Source: an uncultured Nitrospiraceae bacterium
Lineage (GTDB): Bacteria > Nitrospirota > Thermodesulfovibrionia > Thermodesulfovibrionales > Dissulfurispiraceae
Direction of reading: 5' to 3'
Assembly: GCA_963727805.1 (NCBI GenBank)
Contig: CAVSHF010000005.1
Location: forward strand, 1,120,001-1,184,000
DNA length: 64,000 nucleotides
Of the stretch, positions 9,480-18,615 are shown in pieces; the first letter of the stretch is position 1, and every line of letters starts with the position of its first letter. The notes beneath the pieces are model-generated. The model worked only from the letters and a program-made list of their open reading frames with translations, had not been told where the DNA came from and ran no database searches. A program made the position numbers and the translations under genes.

Positions 9480-10433
9480 ATGGATGAAGAAATAAAGATT
9501 CTCTGTATTGATAAGGATCCTAAAATCCTGAAAAGTCTGACGCAACTTTTTCGTGAAGATCCATTTGCCATACTCACCGCTTCTACGGCGGCCGAGGGAA
9601 TTGAACTACTAAGCATAAATACAGTTTCTGTCATTCTTTCGGACAACATGCTACCCGGCATGACAGGTATCGAATTAATGGAGTTGGCAAAGTCCCTTTC
9701 CCCTGACAGCATAAGGATACTTATGACTGGTCTCGCGGATCCCGATGTGGCCATAGACGCAATTAATAAGGGGGAGATTTTCAAGTTTATTATGAAACCG
9801 TGGGATAACGATGAACTCAGGAGAATCGTATGTGATTCGATAGCTAAATACAAGATTGTGATAGCTATCAGAAATGCTGACGACACTAGTATCCTCTCCC
9901 TAGCTCAGACAATTGAACTGAAGGATCCATACACGAAAGGACATTGCGAAAGGGTTGCCGTGTTCGCGCTGATGATAGCGGATGCACTGAACTTGAATGG
10001 GGAGAAGAAAAAGCATATTAAATATGGCAGCTGGCTTCATGACTGCGGCAAGATAGGCGTTCCCGAATTAATTTTGAATAAACCGGGACCTCTCGATGAC
10101 GAACAGTTCGAGACAGTTAAACGACATGCACGCTGGGGCGGCGATGTGGTAAAAACCTCACGAATCCCCAATACGGTTGTTAATATTGCGGTCTATCATC
10201 ATGAGAGGTTTGACGGCACGGGGTATCCGTTGGGGCTCAGTGGTGTTCATATACCTGTTGAGGCTAGGATAGTGGCTATAGCGGATGCGTACGATGCCAT
10301 GACATCTGACAGACCATACAGAAAAAGGCTTTCCCATGTAGCTGCAATTGATGCTCTCCGAAAAGGGAAGAACGGAACTTTCGACCCGACCTTGGTCGAT
10401 ATATTTGTCAATATCATCGATACGGCAGGGTAA
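9480..10433 (+). CDS. Response regulator with HD-GYP c-di-GMP phosphodiesterase domain
   Basis: REC domain (ILSDNMLPGMTG, KPWD), followed by KDPYTKGH, LHDCGKIG, HHERFDGTGYP, ADAYDAMTSDRPYR. Confidence 0.92.
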   Translation: MDEEIKILCIDKDPKILKSLTQLFREDPFAILTASTAAEGIELLSINTVSVILSDNMLPGMTGIELMELAKSLSPDSIRILMTGLADPDVAIDAINKGEIFKFIMKPWDNDELRRIVCDSIAKYKIVIAIRNADDTSILSLAQTIELKDPYTKGHCERVAVFALMIADALNLNGEKKKHIKYGSWLHDCGKIGVPELILNKPGPLDDEQFETVKRHARWGGDVVKTSRIPNTVVNIAVYHHERFDGTGYPLGLSGVHIPVEARIVAIADAYDAMTSDRPYRKRLSHVAAIDALRKGKNGTFDPTLVDIFVNIIDTAG

Positions 10434-10936
10434 CATCAAGCCGAACTGCCAATGTCCTTAAATAAACAGGACGACAATAAACGCATGCAAGACGTTACCA
10501 ACAGAAGAATCCCTTATTAGAATGCTAATATATCTCAAACGACGACTGAAGGAATGTCATATGGCTGTCAAACAGAACAGTATCTATGCTTTGTCTGCAG
10601 CAGGCATCCTTATCGGCATCTTTTTTTCAGCCATGGTATTCTGAGCTGGATCATACTGATAACACCAGAAAATATCGTCCAAGTCTGATGCGGTACCACA
10701 AGGCAAGAATGCAGTTAGTTGGATTGACAGGCTCAGACCTGGAAGTGTCCTATTCTGCAGGAATTCACCCCATAAACTGGGTTTCCCACATCCATCTTTT
10801 CTGGATTTCAGCACATTAATTGAGTTGCTTATCTTAATTCCATAGCAAATGTATATCGACACTTTGTTTATTCGTGGCATCCCCCAGTTTTCATGACATG
10901 CTTCGGTGGGAAGGATGTCCTGTTTGATGCTCCACC

Positions 10937-12538
10937 CTACCTGCGGGTCTTGAGGCTGAAGTCGGGATATGCAGTGACTGCGACTTCGTTCTGGTCAAGA
11001 CCTTCGAATTCTACTTCAGGAGATACACGCAACGGGATAATCATATTCAACAGCTTGAAAAAACTATACATTAAAGCAAAGACAAAAACGATATTTACGA
11101 CTACGCCGATCACCTCTGCAGCAAACTGAGATGCCCCCCCGTAGAACAATCCTTTGACCGTACCGGTAACGCTGTTGAGGCCATCGCCGTATGTCCCGTC
11201 CGCAAAAAGTCCGAGACCTAGAAGACCCCATGCCCCGCAAGTGCCGTGAACGGATATGGCCCCCACAGGATCATCGACTTTCAACTTCCTCTCAACGAAG
11301 AAGATACTTGCACAGCAGAGAACTCCTCCAATCAGTCCGATTATTACAGCTCCTACAGTGCTTACGAATGCACACGCCGCTGTTATAGAAACGAGTCCGG
11401 CCAGCAGTCCGTTGGCGCACACGGAAAGGTCAGGCTTGCCGTAAAGTATCCACATATAGCACATCGCAGAGAAGCATGCTGCGCTGGAAGCAAGCATTGT
11501 ATTTACCGCTATTACACCGACCCTCAGGTCCCCACCGGCAAGGGCAGAGCCTGAATTGAACCCGAACCAGCCGAAGAAAAGAATGAGGCAGCCCACGATG
11601 GCCATTGGGATATGATGTCCGGGCATCGCATTGGGTGTTCCATCGGTCCTGTATTTTCCCATACGGGGACCGAGGACTATCGCTCCTGCAAGCGCCGAAA
11701 CTCCACCGACCATATGAACGACGGATGATCCGGCGAAATCAAGGACCCCGTGACCGAGACCGAAGTTCTTACCGAGCATTGACAGCCAACCGCCGCCCCA
11801 TACCCAGTTTGCGTAAATCGGATATGTGAACATTGAAATGAAGAAGGCGTATATGACAAACGATTTGAATGTCCAGCGTTCGGCCATTGCCCCGGTCGGA
11901 ATAGTTGCCGCAATATCCATTAATACCGCTTGAAACAAAAAGAGCGTAATGATCGAGACATCATATGCCTGCCCTGAAAGAAAAAATCCGGTCGTGCCGA
12001 AAAGTCCGAAGTCCCTGCCGAAAAGGTGCAATGCAACTTCACCATTCAGCAATCCCGTGCCACCCGCAAGAGGCCCGGTGCCGACTCCCCCCATCTGGAG
12101 CGCATAGCCGCAAATCCAGTAACCTAGCACTCCAAAGACGAAGACCATCATGTTCATTGCCATGGTGTGTCCCGTATTCTTTGCCCTCGTAAAGCCGGTC
12201 TCAACCATTGCAAAGCCTGCTTGCATAAAAAAAACGAGAAACCCGCAGATCAGGGTCCAGATAAAATTGATAGCTATCCTGTTGTGGCCTATCACATCGG
12301 CCAGCTTCGTGGCAAGCGGCTCGTTCGTGGCCAGTTTCTTCATATCATCTGCGGTGGGTGCCCCTCGCGAGGCTCCTACCACATCCGCTGCTCCGCCGGT
12401 ATTTGCCCCGGACGGATCAGGTTTCAGTACCGGTGCGGAGGCCGTCCGCACCTGTTCATCGGCAAACGTCTGGAATGCAGGCAGCAGGAGTCCTGCAAAT
12501 AACACAGTCAACAACAAAATAATCCATGCCCTGTTCAT
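10937..12538 (-). CDS. amtB: Ammonium transporter (Amt family)
   Basis: FMQAGFAMVETG, GAMAER, DFAGSSVVH, WFGFNSGS, DDPVGAISVHG (both pore His present), EGLD C-tail. Confidence 0.95.
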   Translation of the reverse strand: MNRAWIILLLTVLFAGLLLPAFQTFADEQVRTASAPVLKPDPSGANTGGAADVVGASRGAPTADDMKKLATNEPLATKLADVIGHNRIAINFIWTLICGFLVFFMQAGFAMVETGFTRAKNTGHTMAMNMMVFVFGVLGYWICGYALQMGGVGTGPLAGGTGLLNGEVALHLFGRDFGLFGTTGFFLSGQAYDVSIITLFLFQAVLMDIAATIPTGAMAERWTFKSFVIYAFFISMFTYPIYANWVWGGGWLSMLGKNFGLGHGVLDFAGSSVVHMVGGVSALAGAIVLGPRMGKYRTDGTPNAMPGHHIPMAIVGCLILFFGWFGFNSGSALAGGDLRVGVIAVNTMLASSAACFSAMCYMWILYGKPDLSVCANGLLAGLVSITAACAFVSTVGAVIIGLIGGVLCCASIFFVERKLKVDDPVGAISVHGTCGAWGLLGLGLFADGTYGDGLNSVTGTVKGLFYGGASQFAAEVIGVVVNIVFVFALMYSFFKLLNMIIPLRVSPEVEFEGLDQNEVAVTAYPDFSLKTRR

Positions 12539-12556
12539 TTCAATCTCCCTTATCTA

Positions 12557-12886
12557 CTATATCTTAATCTTGTCGCCGAATTGGATTATCATCCCGCCGC
12601 AGATAATGACCGACAAGCCAATCCAGGTCGAACCCGGTATATTCTCATCGAACACGAAACGTCCGAACAATATACTGATCAGCGCGAATACCGCCACATA
12701 GACGCCGAGAAGCCTAGAAAAATCCCATTTAACCGTGTTGACTACTACTCCGTATAATCCCAGCATTGCGGCACCCATAAGAATAACCAATACCCCGCTG
12801 CCGCGTAGACCTTTACGGACTACAGCATCCCCGCCTACTTCCAGGATTGCTGCGGCAATGAAAACAAGCCATGCAAAATATGTCAT
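12557..12886 (-). CDS. Small 4-TM membrane protein, YnfA/SMR-like
   Basis: GGAGG at 12896-12900 and ATG at 12886. AAILEVGGD (TM1 Glu) and RLLGVYVAVF; four hydrophobic helices. Confidence 0.7.
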   Translation of the reverse strand: MTYFAWLVFIAAAILEVGGDAVVRKGLRGSGVLVILMGAAMLGLYGVVVNTVKWDFSRLLGVYVAVFALISILFGRFVFDENIPGSTWIGLSVIICGGMIIQFGDKIKI

Positions 12887-12916
12887 AACATTAATCCTCC
12901 GATACAATAATTTGAG

Positions 12917-14713
12917 TCAATGCGAAGGTCCGCGGTGAATGATAAGCCACAGCACAATAAGAAAGATTGCAAGAGCTATCGACACGCCCAGCACGACCCA
13001 GCGGATCTTCTTCCAGCTCTGCTTCCACGGGGTCGGTGCCTGAAGCCGGTGGCATCGTCCGGTTAGTTGCACGGCACCCGGATTGTCCAGATCCGACTTC
13101 ATCGCTGCGGCTGACTGATACCGGTCCCCCGGATTGCGTTCCATAGCGTGCAGGATGATCTCCTCGACGTGAGTAGAAACTTTCGGATTGCGTTTCCGCG
13201 GGGCTTCAGGGTCGCCAGTCACACGTGCATTCATGATCACAAACGGATTGTCACCCTCGAACGGCGGCACGCCAACGACCATTTCGTAAAGCATGGCGCC
13301 CAAGCTGTAGATATCGGTCCGCACGTCGCCGCGCTTTCCGCTTACTTGTTCCGGTGCCATGTAATCGGGTGTACCAACCGCAGGAGTGAAGCCAGTGAAT
13401 GTGATCCGTCTGCCCTTCTCCGCCTTGGCGATGCCGAAATCCATTATACGAATCGTGCCATCATAGCAGATCATGATATTCTGCGGTTTAAGATCGCGAT
13501 GGATGATGCCGTTCTCATGCATATATGACAACGCTTCGCAGATACTGCTCGACAGCTTGACTGCGTCTCTTTCGGGTATCGGGCGGACGCTGTTCAACAG
13601 GTGCGAAAGAGTATAGCCACGGAGATATTCGGTCACAATGTAGGGCCGGCTGCGGTGTCCTTCCTCCAAGTGAATGAATTTCAGGATGTACGGATGGTTC
13701 AGGCGAAGTCCGATCTCCTCCTCACGCTGGAACCGCGAGTAGAATCCGGGATCGCTCTCGAACTCCATGAACGGCACCTTTACGGCCACTGTCTCTTTGT
13801 TCGTCAGATCAGTGGCCTTGAATATTGTTGCCATTCCGCTACGACTGATGGTTTCGGTGATTAGAAAGCGGTTATCGAGCGTCTGTCCGGGGCGAAGTTC
13901 ATACTTGGCAGTAGGGTCGGCAGTCTCCTGGTACATCGGCACCCCGCGATAATACGCTACCTTCTCAACATCATTGATCTGTAGGACCTGCACAGATAGA
14001 TTGTCTTCGGTTCCTCTCTGCTCGGACAGCGCTATAAGCTGGCGACAAGCTTGTGCCGGAGAGAGGCGCGATACGATATCGGCGATCTCGCTGTCTGCAA
14101 CGTGGGAATACAGGCCGTCCGAACAAAGAACTACGCGGTCGCCGTTAAAAATCGTAACGCTCTCCACATCAACCCGTGCTACCGGCTCCGGCCCGACGCT
14201 GCGCGTCAGTATAGAGCGGTTCTCACTTGTCTTGGCATCCTGTTCCGAAATCAACCCGAACTTTTGCTGCATTCCGGTATAGGTATGGTCTGTTGACAAT
14301 TGCTTGATCTCGGTCTTGCGAATTAGATATACTCGGGAATCTCCGACATTGCCGACCACAAGTTCATTGTTGCGAAGTACGGCAATGGCCAAAGTTGTAG
14401 CCATGCGGGACTTGCCGTGGTCCTCCATGCCTTTGTCGTATACCGCAAGATTTGCCGCGTTGAACATCTGAGTGAGTAACTGCTGCGGGGTCGGCTCGCC
14501 TGGGATCTCGCGAAAGGTCTTGAGCGCCGTTTCCACAGCCAGCCGGCTCGCCACTTCTCCATGATTCATTCCGCCCACACCATCGGCAAGCACGGCCACT
14601 GCACCAAGCCTACGCTTCTCTTCCAGTGATTGCGGTTGCCAGAAGCCCACGTAATCTTCATTGTTTTCGCGCGCAGGTCCGGGTGATGACAGTTCAGAGT
14701 AGGTTAGTTCCAT
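12917..14713 (-). CDS. Bifunctional PP2C-type Ser/Thr phosphatase-Hanks-type Ser/Thr kinase with a C-terminal TM anchor
   Basis: PP2C: RENNED, ADGVGG, NVGDSRVY, LCSDGL, EDN. Kinase: SGMATIF, VAVK, HRDLKPQN, DFG, GTPDYMAPE, DIYSLG. Hydrophobic C-terminus. Confidence 0.92.
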   Translation of the reverse strand: MELTYSELSSPGPARENNEDYVGFWQPQSLEEKRRLGAVAVLADGVGGMNHGEVASRLAVETALKTFREIPGEPTPQQLLTQMFNAANLAVYDKGMEDHGKSRMATTLAIAVLRNNELVVGNVGDSRVYLIRKTEIKQLSTDHTYTGMQQKFGLISEQDAKTSENRSILTRSVGPEPVARVDVESVTIFNGDRVVLCSDGLYSHVADSEIADIVSRLSPAQACRQLIALSEQRGTEDNLSVQVLQINDVEKVAYYRGVPMYQETADPTAKYELRPGQTLDNRFLITETISRSGMATIFKATDLTNKETVAVKVPFMEFESDPGFYSRFQREEEIGLRLNHPYILKFIHLEEGHRSRPYIVTEYLRGYTLSHLLNSVRPIPERDAVKLSSSICEALSYMHENGIIHRDLKPQNIMICYDGTIRIMDFGIAKAEKGRRITFTGFTPAVGTPDYMAPEQVSGKRGDVRTDIYSLGAMLYEMVVGVPPFEGDNPFVIMNARVTGDPEAPRKRNPKVSTHVEEIILHAMERNPGDRYQSAAAMKSDLDNPGAVQLTGRCHRLQAPTPWKQSWKKIRWVVLGVSIALAIFLIVLWLIIHRGPSH

Positions 14714-14762
14714 AGTTCGAACACTTTAGCATTTATTTTACGAAATTGAAAGAATACGTTGC

Positions 14763-14796
14763 AAAAAGGATGGCCACCCCTTAAGGTGACCATCCT
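14763..14796 (-). terminator. Rho-independent terminator-like hairpin after the APC permease
   Basis: Minus strand AGGATGGTCACC-TTAAGG-GGTGGCCATCCT-TTTT: a 12-bp stem with one G:U pair. Confidence 0.7.
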
Positions 14797-14826
14797 GATT
14801 CGAAACTGATACACTGCTCAGCCTCT

Positions 14827-16725
14827 TTAGGATTTCGCAGGACTGCTGAGGAGGATTCCCTTGCCCTTGGCCTTACTGCTCTTCATGAAGTAAATAGCAC
14901 CGTAAATGCCCCACAGTGCGACGACGCCGAGCGCTATATACGGTTCCTTCCAGCTCATGCCGGCTACTGCAAATGGCCCTACAAGGTAGAAGATCATGAT
15001 CACAAGGTTGGCCAAAAGACCGAGGATCGGTATAACCAGATGCTTGATCCCATTAAAGGTATGATGCTCTTTGAAAGCCACCATCGCGATCCAGCAAGTG
15101 ATCATGTAGAGAAGGAAGGTACCGAAGTTGCTTACCAGCGTGACTATGAGTAGAGTATTGGGTAGTGCCACGTACATATCGGGCGAGAATATGCCGATGC
15201 TGTACCAGAAGTTATGTTTGTCCAGTGCCGCAGGTGCCGTCGCCTGCCCTCCCATATAAATCGTCACTGTTATGATTCCGATGATCACAGAGATCACGGC
15301 CAGAGCCCAGATTGCACGATAGGGAGACGATGTTTTGCCGTGAAGGAGACCGAAATGCGAGGGTACTTCCTCGTCACGGCCCATCGCATAGGTAACGCGG
15401 GCGCCGGTGCTGAGGCAGGAGAGTGTCGTGCCGATCAGCGCCAGAAAGACTGTGAAAGCCTGTACAAGCATGAACGCCTTGCCTGCCGCGTAACTGCCGA
15501 ACAACCATGTGCCGACGATGACCATCATGTCTCCTATCGGTGCGCCGGAGGCGCCTGCCATAGGTATGGTGTAGCCGTTGTGTAGCAGGTAGTTGGCGCC
15601 GAAATACTCGATCAGGTAGCAAAACGCCCCCTGGATCGCCAGGGAGAGCAGGACCGCCTTCGGAATGTCCCTCTTCGGATGCTTCGCCTCTTCACCCATC
15701 GCGGTGACCGACTCGAACCCGACCAGGATCAGGATCGCTATTGCCGCCTGTATGAAGATGTAATTGAAGCCATGCGGAGATACGACGGACCCCGCGGTCG
15801 AATGATAGTTGAACGTTTCAACCCCCTTGTCATCCTTAGTGACCGCGCCGTCAGTATAGTCTACCGTGAACGGGGCGGCGAGTTTCGGGTCTGTTGCTGG
15901 CTTGCCGTCCTTGTCCGCAGGTATCGGCATACTTGTCTTTTCATCCATCATATCAGCCATCTGATATACCGGCTTCCCGTCCTTGTCCATCGTCGGTTTG
16001 CCGTCGGGATCGAGCGCAGGTGTTGGATTGCCCTTGTCATCCTTCACCACATCTTGTGCAACCTGATAGTTAACTGCAATACCGTTGGAAAGATGGTAAC
16101 CGACAGTCCCCTGAGGGTGCTGAACGCGATAGCCAATGGCGATTACCGTGAAAATCAGAAGCGCCGAAATCTGGATGATATTGATAGCCACATTGACAGC
16201 CGTTGTGCCGGTTACACCACGGTATGCGATGTAAGCAACGCCCAGTGCAAAGACTATGCAGAAAAGCCACATAAAAATCGGGCTGTTATAAGTGCCGCTG
16301 AAGGTATCCGGCCAGAATTGACTGCACAGGAATCCACCGAGGATCGCTGTGACGCCAACCATGACTCCAGGATATACCCAATAATAGAGGTGGCTCGCCC
16401 ATCCTGTGATGAACTTGGCGATGCGTGCGAATTTGTAGGAGTGGGTTTTTGAAAGGTACGCTTGCTCCGCATACAGATACGACGATCCCGGGCCTGGATA
16501 CAATTTTGCCAGTTCCGAATAGCTGATTGCAGTGGCGAAGCACAGCAACAGGGCAAAGAGAATGCCAAACCACATCGACATCCCGGCCATCGGTGCGCCG
16601 TAAAGCGACTGCATTTGAAAAGTTAACCATAGGAACGCTCCTGGGGCGATTAGCGCCATCGCGTTCATCGTAAGACCCGTCAGGCCCAATGTCCCTCTGG
16701 TGACTGGTTGTTGTTCGTTTGCCAT
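14827..16725 (-). CDS. APC-superfamily amino acid/polyamine permease with a large extracytoplasmic insert
   Basis: ALIAPG, YSELA..YPGPGSSY, LVGFES.....EEAKHPKRDIPKA, ARVTYAMGRD; many TM segments. Confidence 0.9.
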   Translation of the reverse strand: MANEQQPVTRGTLGLTGLTMNAMALIAPGAFLWLTFQMQSLYGAPMAGMSMWFGILFALLLCFATAISYSELAKLYPGPGSSYLYAEQAYLSKTHSYKFARIAKFITGWASHLYYWVYPGVMVGVTAILGGFLCSQFWPDTFSGTYNSPIFMWLFCIVFALGVAYIAYRGVTGTTAVNVAINIIQISALLIFTVIAIGYRVQHPQGTVGYHLSNGIAVNYQVAQDVVKDDKGNPTPALDPDGKPTMDKDGKPVYQMADMMDEKTSMPIPADKDGKPATDPKLAAPFTVDYTDGAVTKDDKGVETFNYHSTAGSVVSPHGFNYIFIQAAIAILILVGFESVTAMGEEAKHPKRDIPKAVLLSLAIQGAFCYLIEYFGANYLLHNGYTIPMAGASGAPIGDMMVIVGTWLFGSYAAGKAFMLVQAFTVFLALIGTTLSCLSTGARVTYAMGRDEEVPSHFGLLHGKTSSPYRAIWALAVISVIIGIITVTIYMGGQATAPAALDKHNFWYSIGIFSPDMYVALPNTLLIVTLVSNFGTFLLYMITCWIAMVAFKEHHTFNGIKHLVIPILGLLANLVIMIFYLVGPFAVAGMSWKEPYIALGVVALWGIYGAIYFMKSSKAKGKGILLSSPAKS

Positions 16726-16749
16726 AATGTTACTCCTTTTCCTTTTTCT

Positions 16750-17691
16750 TTAAAAGGACATTGTAAGATTCATACCATACACAAATGTCTCGTCAAGCTT
16801 GCCGTTGGGGTTGTATGAAACACCGTTGACGGTCTTTTTAGCATTGCTCGAAAGCGGGAACCAATATTGGGCAATCGGCTGCAGTACAACGTTCTTGCCA
16901 AGAGGTACACTCAGCCCAGCCTTTACATTGCCATCGTGAAGAGCGCTATATTTAGATCCTGTGTATGCGTTGGTCGAACTCTGAAAGGTATCCCAATAGT
17001 TACTGCTCCCGACGAAATAGCCGAACCCCGCGCCAAGGTCAACCGTCATGTCGCCCGTAGGCAGTTTAAAGACAGGTATAGACTGGCTGAAGGACAGATT
17101 GAAGTAAGTGCCGGGATAGCCATCAACGTCGCGGTTAACCGCCAGTAAAGGATGGGATATTATGTCATACGTAGCGCTGACGAAGAGCTCCTGGGTTTGC
17201 TTCGCATACGCCACTCCGTAATATATATATCCTCCGGTAAGAGCCAGCTTATCGATATTATAGGTATAGCTGAGAGTGAGGTCGGTTTCATTCCAGCTCT
17301 TCTGGCCAACACCTACACCCTTGCCGTTAGCATCGGTAGTTTTCCCGGGAATAAACGACTGGGTCTGGTGCTGGTCGGTGTCGAGGTTGCCCCAAACGTT
17401 AACGGAAAAGCCTTTATAATTTAGAGTTATTGTCGGTTCTATGACAACGCTCTTTGTGCTGATCTCATATCCTCTGAATATATATCTATTTAGAACTGCA
17501 ACCCCTGCGCTTCCCGTAACCTTCGCCTCTTCAACCTTCGGCGCTTCGGCCGCAGCTGCCGGTGCCGCAACTGCTGGGGCAGTGGCTTCCGGTGTCGTGG
17601 CGGGTGCTGCCGGAGCCTGCTCCTCACCGTACACATTGACGATAAGACATAATGCAAAAATTGCTATCAATAACACGATAAAGCGCTTCAT
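16750..17691 (-). CDS. Putative outer-membrane beta-barrel porin (TorF/Gcw_chp-like)
   Basis: Signal peptide, Ala/Pro linker, NRYIFRG, ETDLTLSY, GYIYY and C-terminal ..MNLTMSF aromatic end. Confidence 0.72.
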   Translation of the reverse strand: MKRFIVLLIAIFALCLIVNVYGEEQAPAAPATTPEATAPAVAAPAAAAEAPKVEEAKVTGSAGVAVLNRYIFRGYEISTKSVVIEPTITLNYKGFSVNVWGNLDTDQHQTQSFIPGKTTDANGKGVGVGQKSWNETDLTLSYTYNIDKLALTGGYIYYGVAYAKQTQELFVSATYDIISHPLLAVNRDVDGYPGTYFNLSFSQSIPVFKLPTGDMTVDLGAGFGYFVGSSNYWDTFQSSTNAYTGSKYSALHDGNVKAGLSVPLGKNVVLQPIAQYWFPLSSNAKKTVNGVSYNPNGKLDETFVYGMNLTMSF

Positions 17692-17762
17692 CTCTATAAT
17701 CCCCCCTTGCAATTATTTGTCGGACCATGTCCGCTTCTATTCTTCTATTCAGTGAAACCCCT

Positions 17763-17954
17763 CTACCATCCTTTGCCTGCACCCTCCTTTTCGAATATTT
17801 TTCTTATCCCCAGTTTCTTTATCTTGTAACCTATCATCCTTTCGGTTATGCCTAGTCTTCTAGCGGCCCTAGCCATAACCCAGTTGCTTTCACTAAGGGC
17901 ATTGACGATCTCCTCACGTTCTATCTCGTTTATCTTGTCTTTCAACGTAATCAT
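17763..17954 (-). CDS. Stand-alone Fis-type HTH protein resembling the C-terminal DNA-binding domain of NifA-type sigma54 activators
   Basis: AGGAGG RBS; EREEIVNAL..SNWVMARAARRLGITERMIGYKIKKLGI; 63 aa with no AAA+ domain. Confidence 0.8.
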   Translation of the reverse strand: MITLKDKINEIEREEIVNALSESNWVMARAARRLGITERMIGYKIKKLGIRKIFEKEGAGKGW

Positions 17955-17986
17955 TGCTTGCCTCCTGGCCTGGATATTTACGAACT

Positions 17987-18003
17987 AGCGAAAAATATGC
18001 CAG
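17987..18003 (-). promoter_or_regulatory. Sigma54 (RpoN) -24/-12 promoter
   Basis: Minus strand CTGGCATATTTTTCGCT: GG-N10-GC spacing is exact, about 33 bp upstream of the HTH start. Confidence 0.78.
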
Positions 18004-18049
18004 CCTCTATCCCGTTGATATTGAAGCGCTCTTTCAAAACACTAATCGT

Positions 18050-18096
18050 ACAAAGTTGTCGTAAATGCACAATATTGTAATATTTCATAGTATTGT
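18050..18096. promoter_or_regulatory. Three spaced ACAA-NN-TTGT-like boxes, candidate upstream activator/operator sites
   Basis: ACAAAGTTGT 18050-18059, ACAATATTGT 18069-18078, and degenerate ATAGTATTGT 18087-18096. Confidence 0.5.
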
Positions 18097-18615
18097 CTTT
18101 TTCAATTCCATCCATTTTCAAGCTGCTTAATATTTTTCCCTCGTATGCGATGCAACAGCTGCTGCATACAACCCTCGTGTTCGACACGATGATCAAAACG
18201 GGTCCGCTTTCTGGGAAGCTGAGGGAGGAACCCTAAAAAGAAGCAAAGGCTTTTAATGGTTATTCTCAGCAAACATGCAAGTATTTAGTCGATCTTATCT
18301 CCACGTACTCTTAGGAATGGGCGCTCCCATGCTGGAACAAATAATATTTATTGATTTTGATAGATCGAGCAGTATTCGACCTACGAGGCCTAGATAGGGA
18401 GGCATAATAAAACTATCTGTTGTTGGTGAAGAACTGCATGTTTCTCCGGGCCGTCTTTATTTTGACCGCAATGGTTTTCTGTCTATAATTTACATAAGTC
18501 TAAGAGGAGGTTGTCGGTCACAGAGAATATCGATTGACGCGACGAAGTTTAGTTAAGAGGAGCGACGCATTCGTAGTATTCTATTTTGCCAGAAATAATT
18601 CAAAGAGGTAGAGAA

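Noticed and set aside
10562..10880. Short ORFs or a possible decayed membrane-protein gene between HD-GYP and amtB
   Set aside because: Multiple stops and no recognisable family; cannot be supported without a search.
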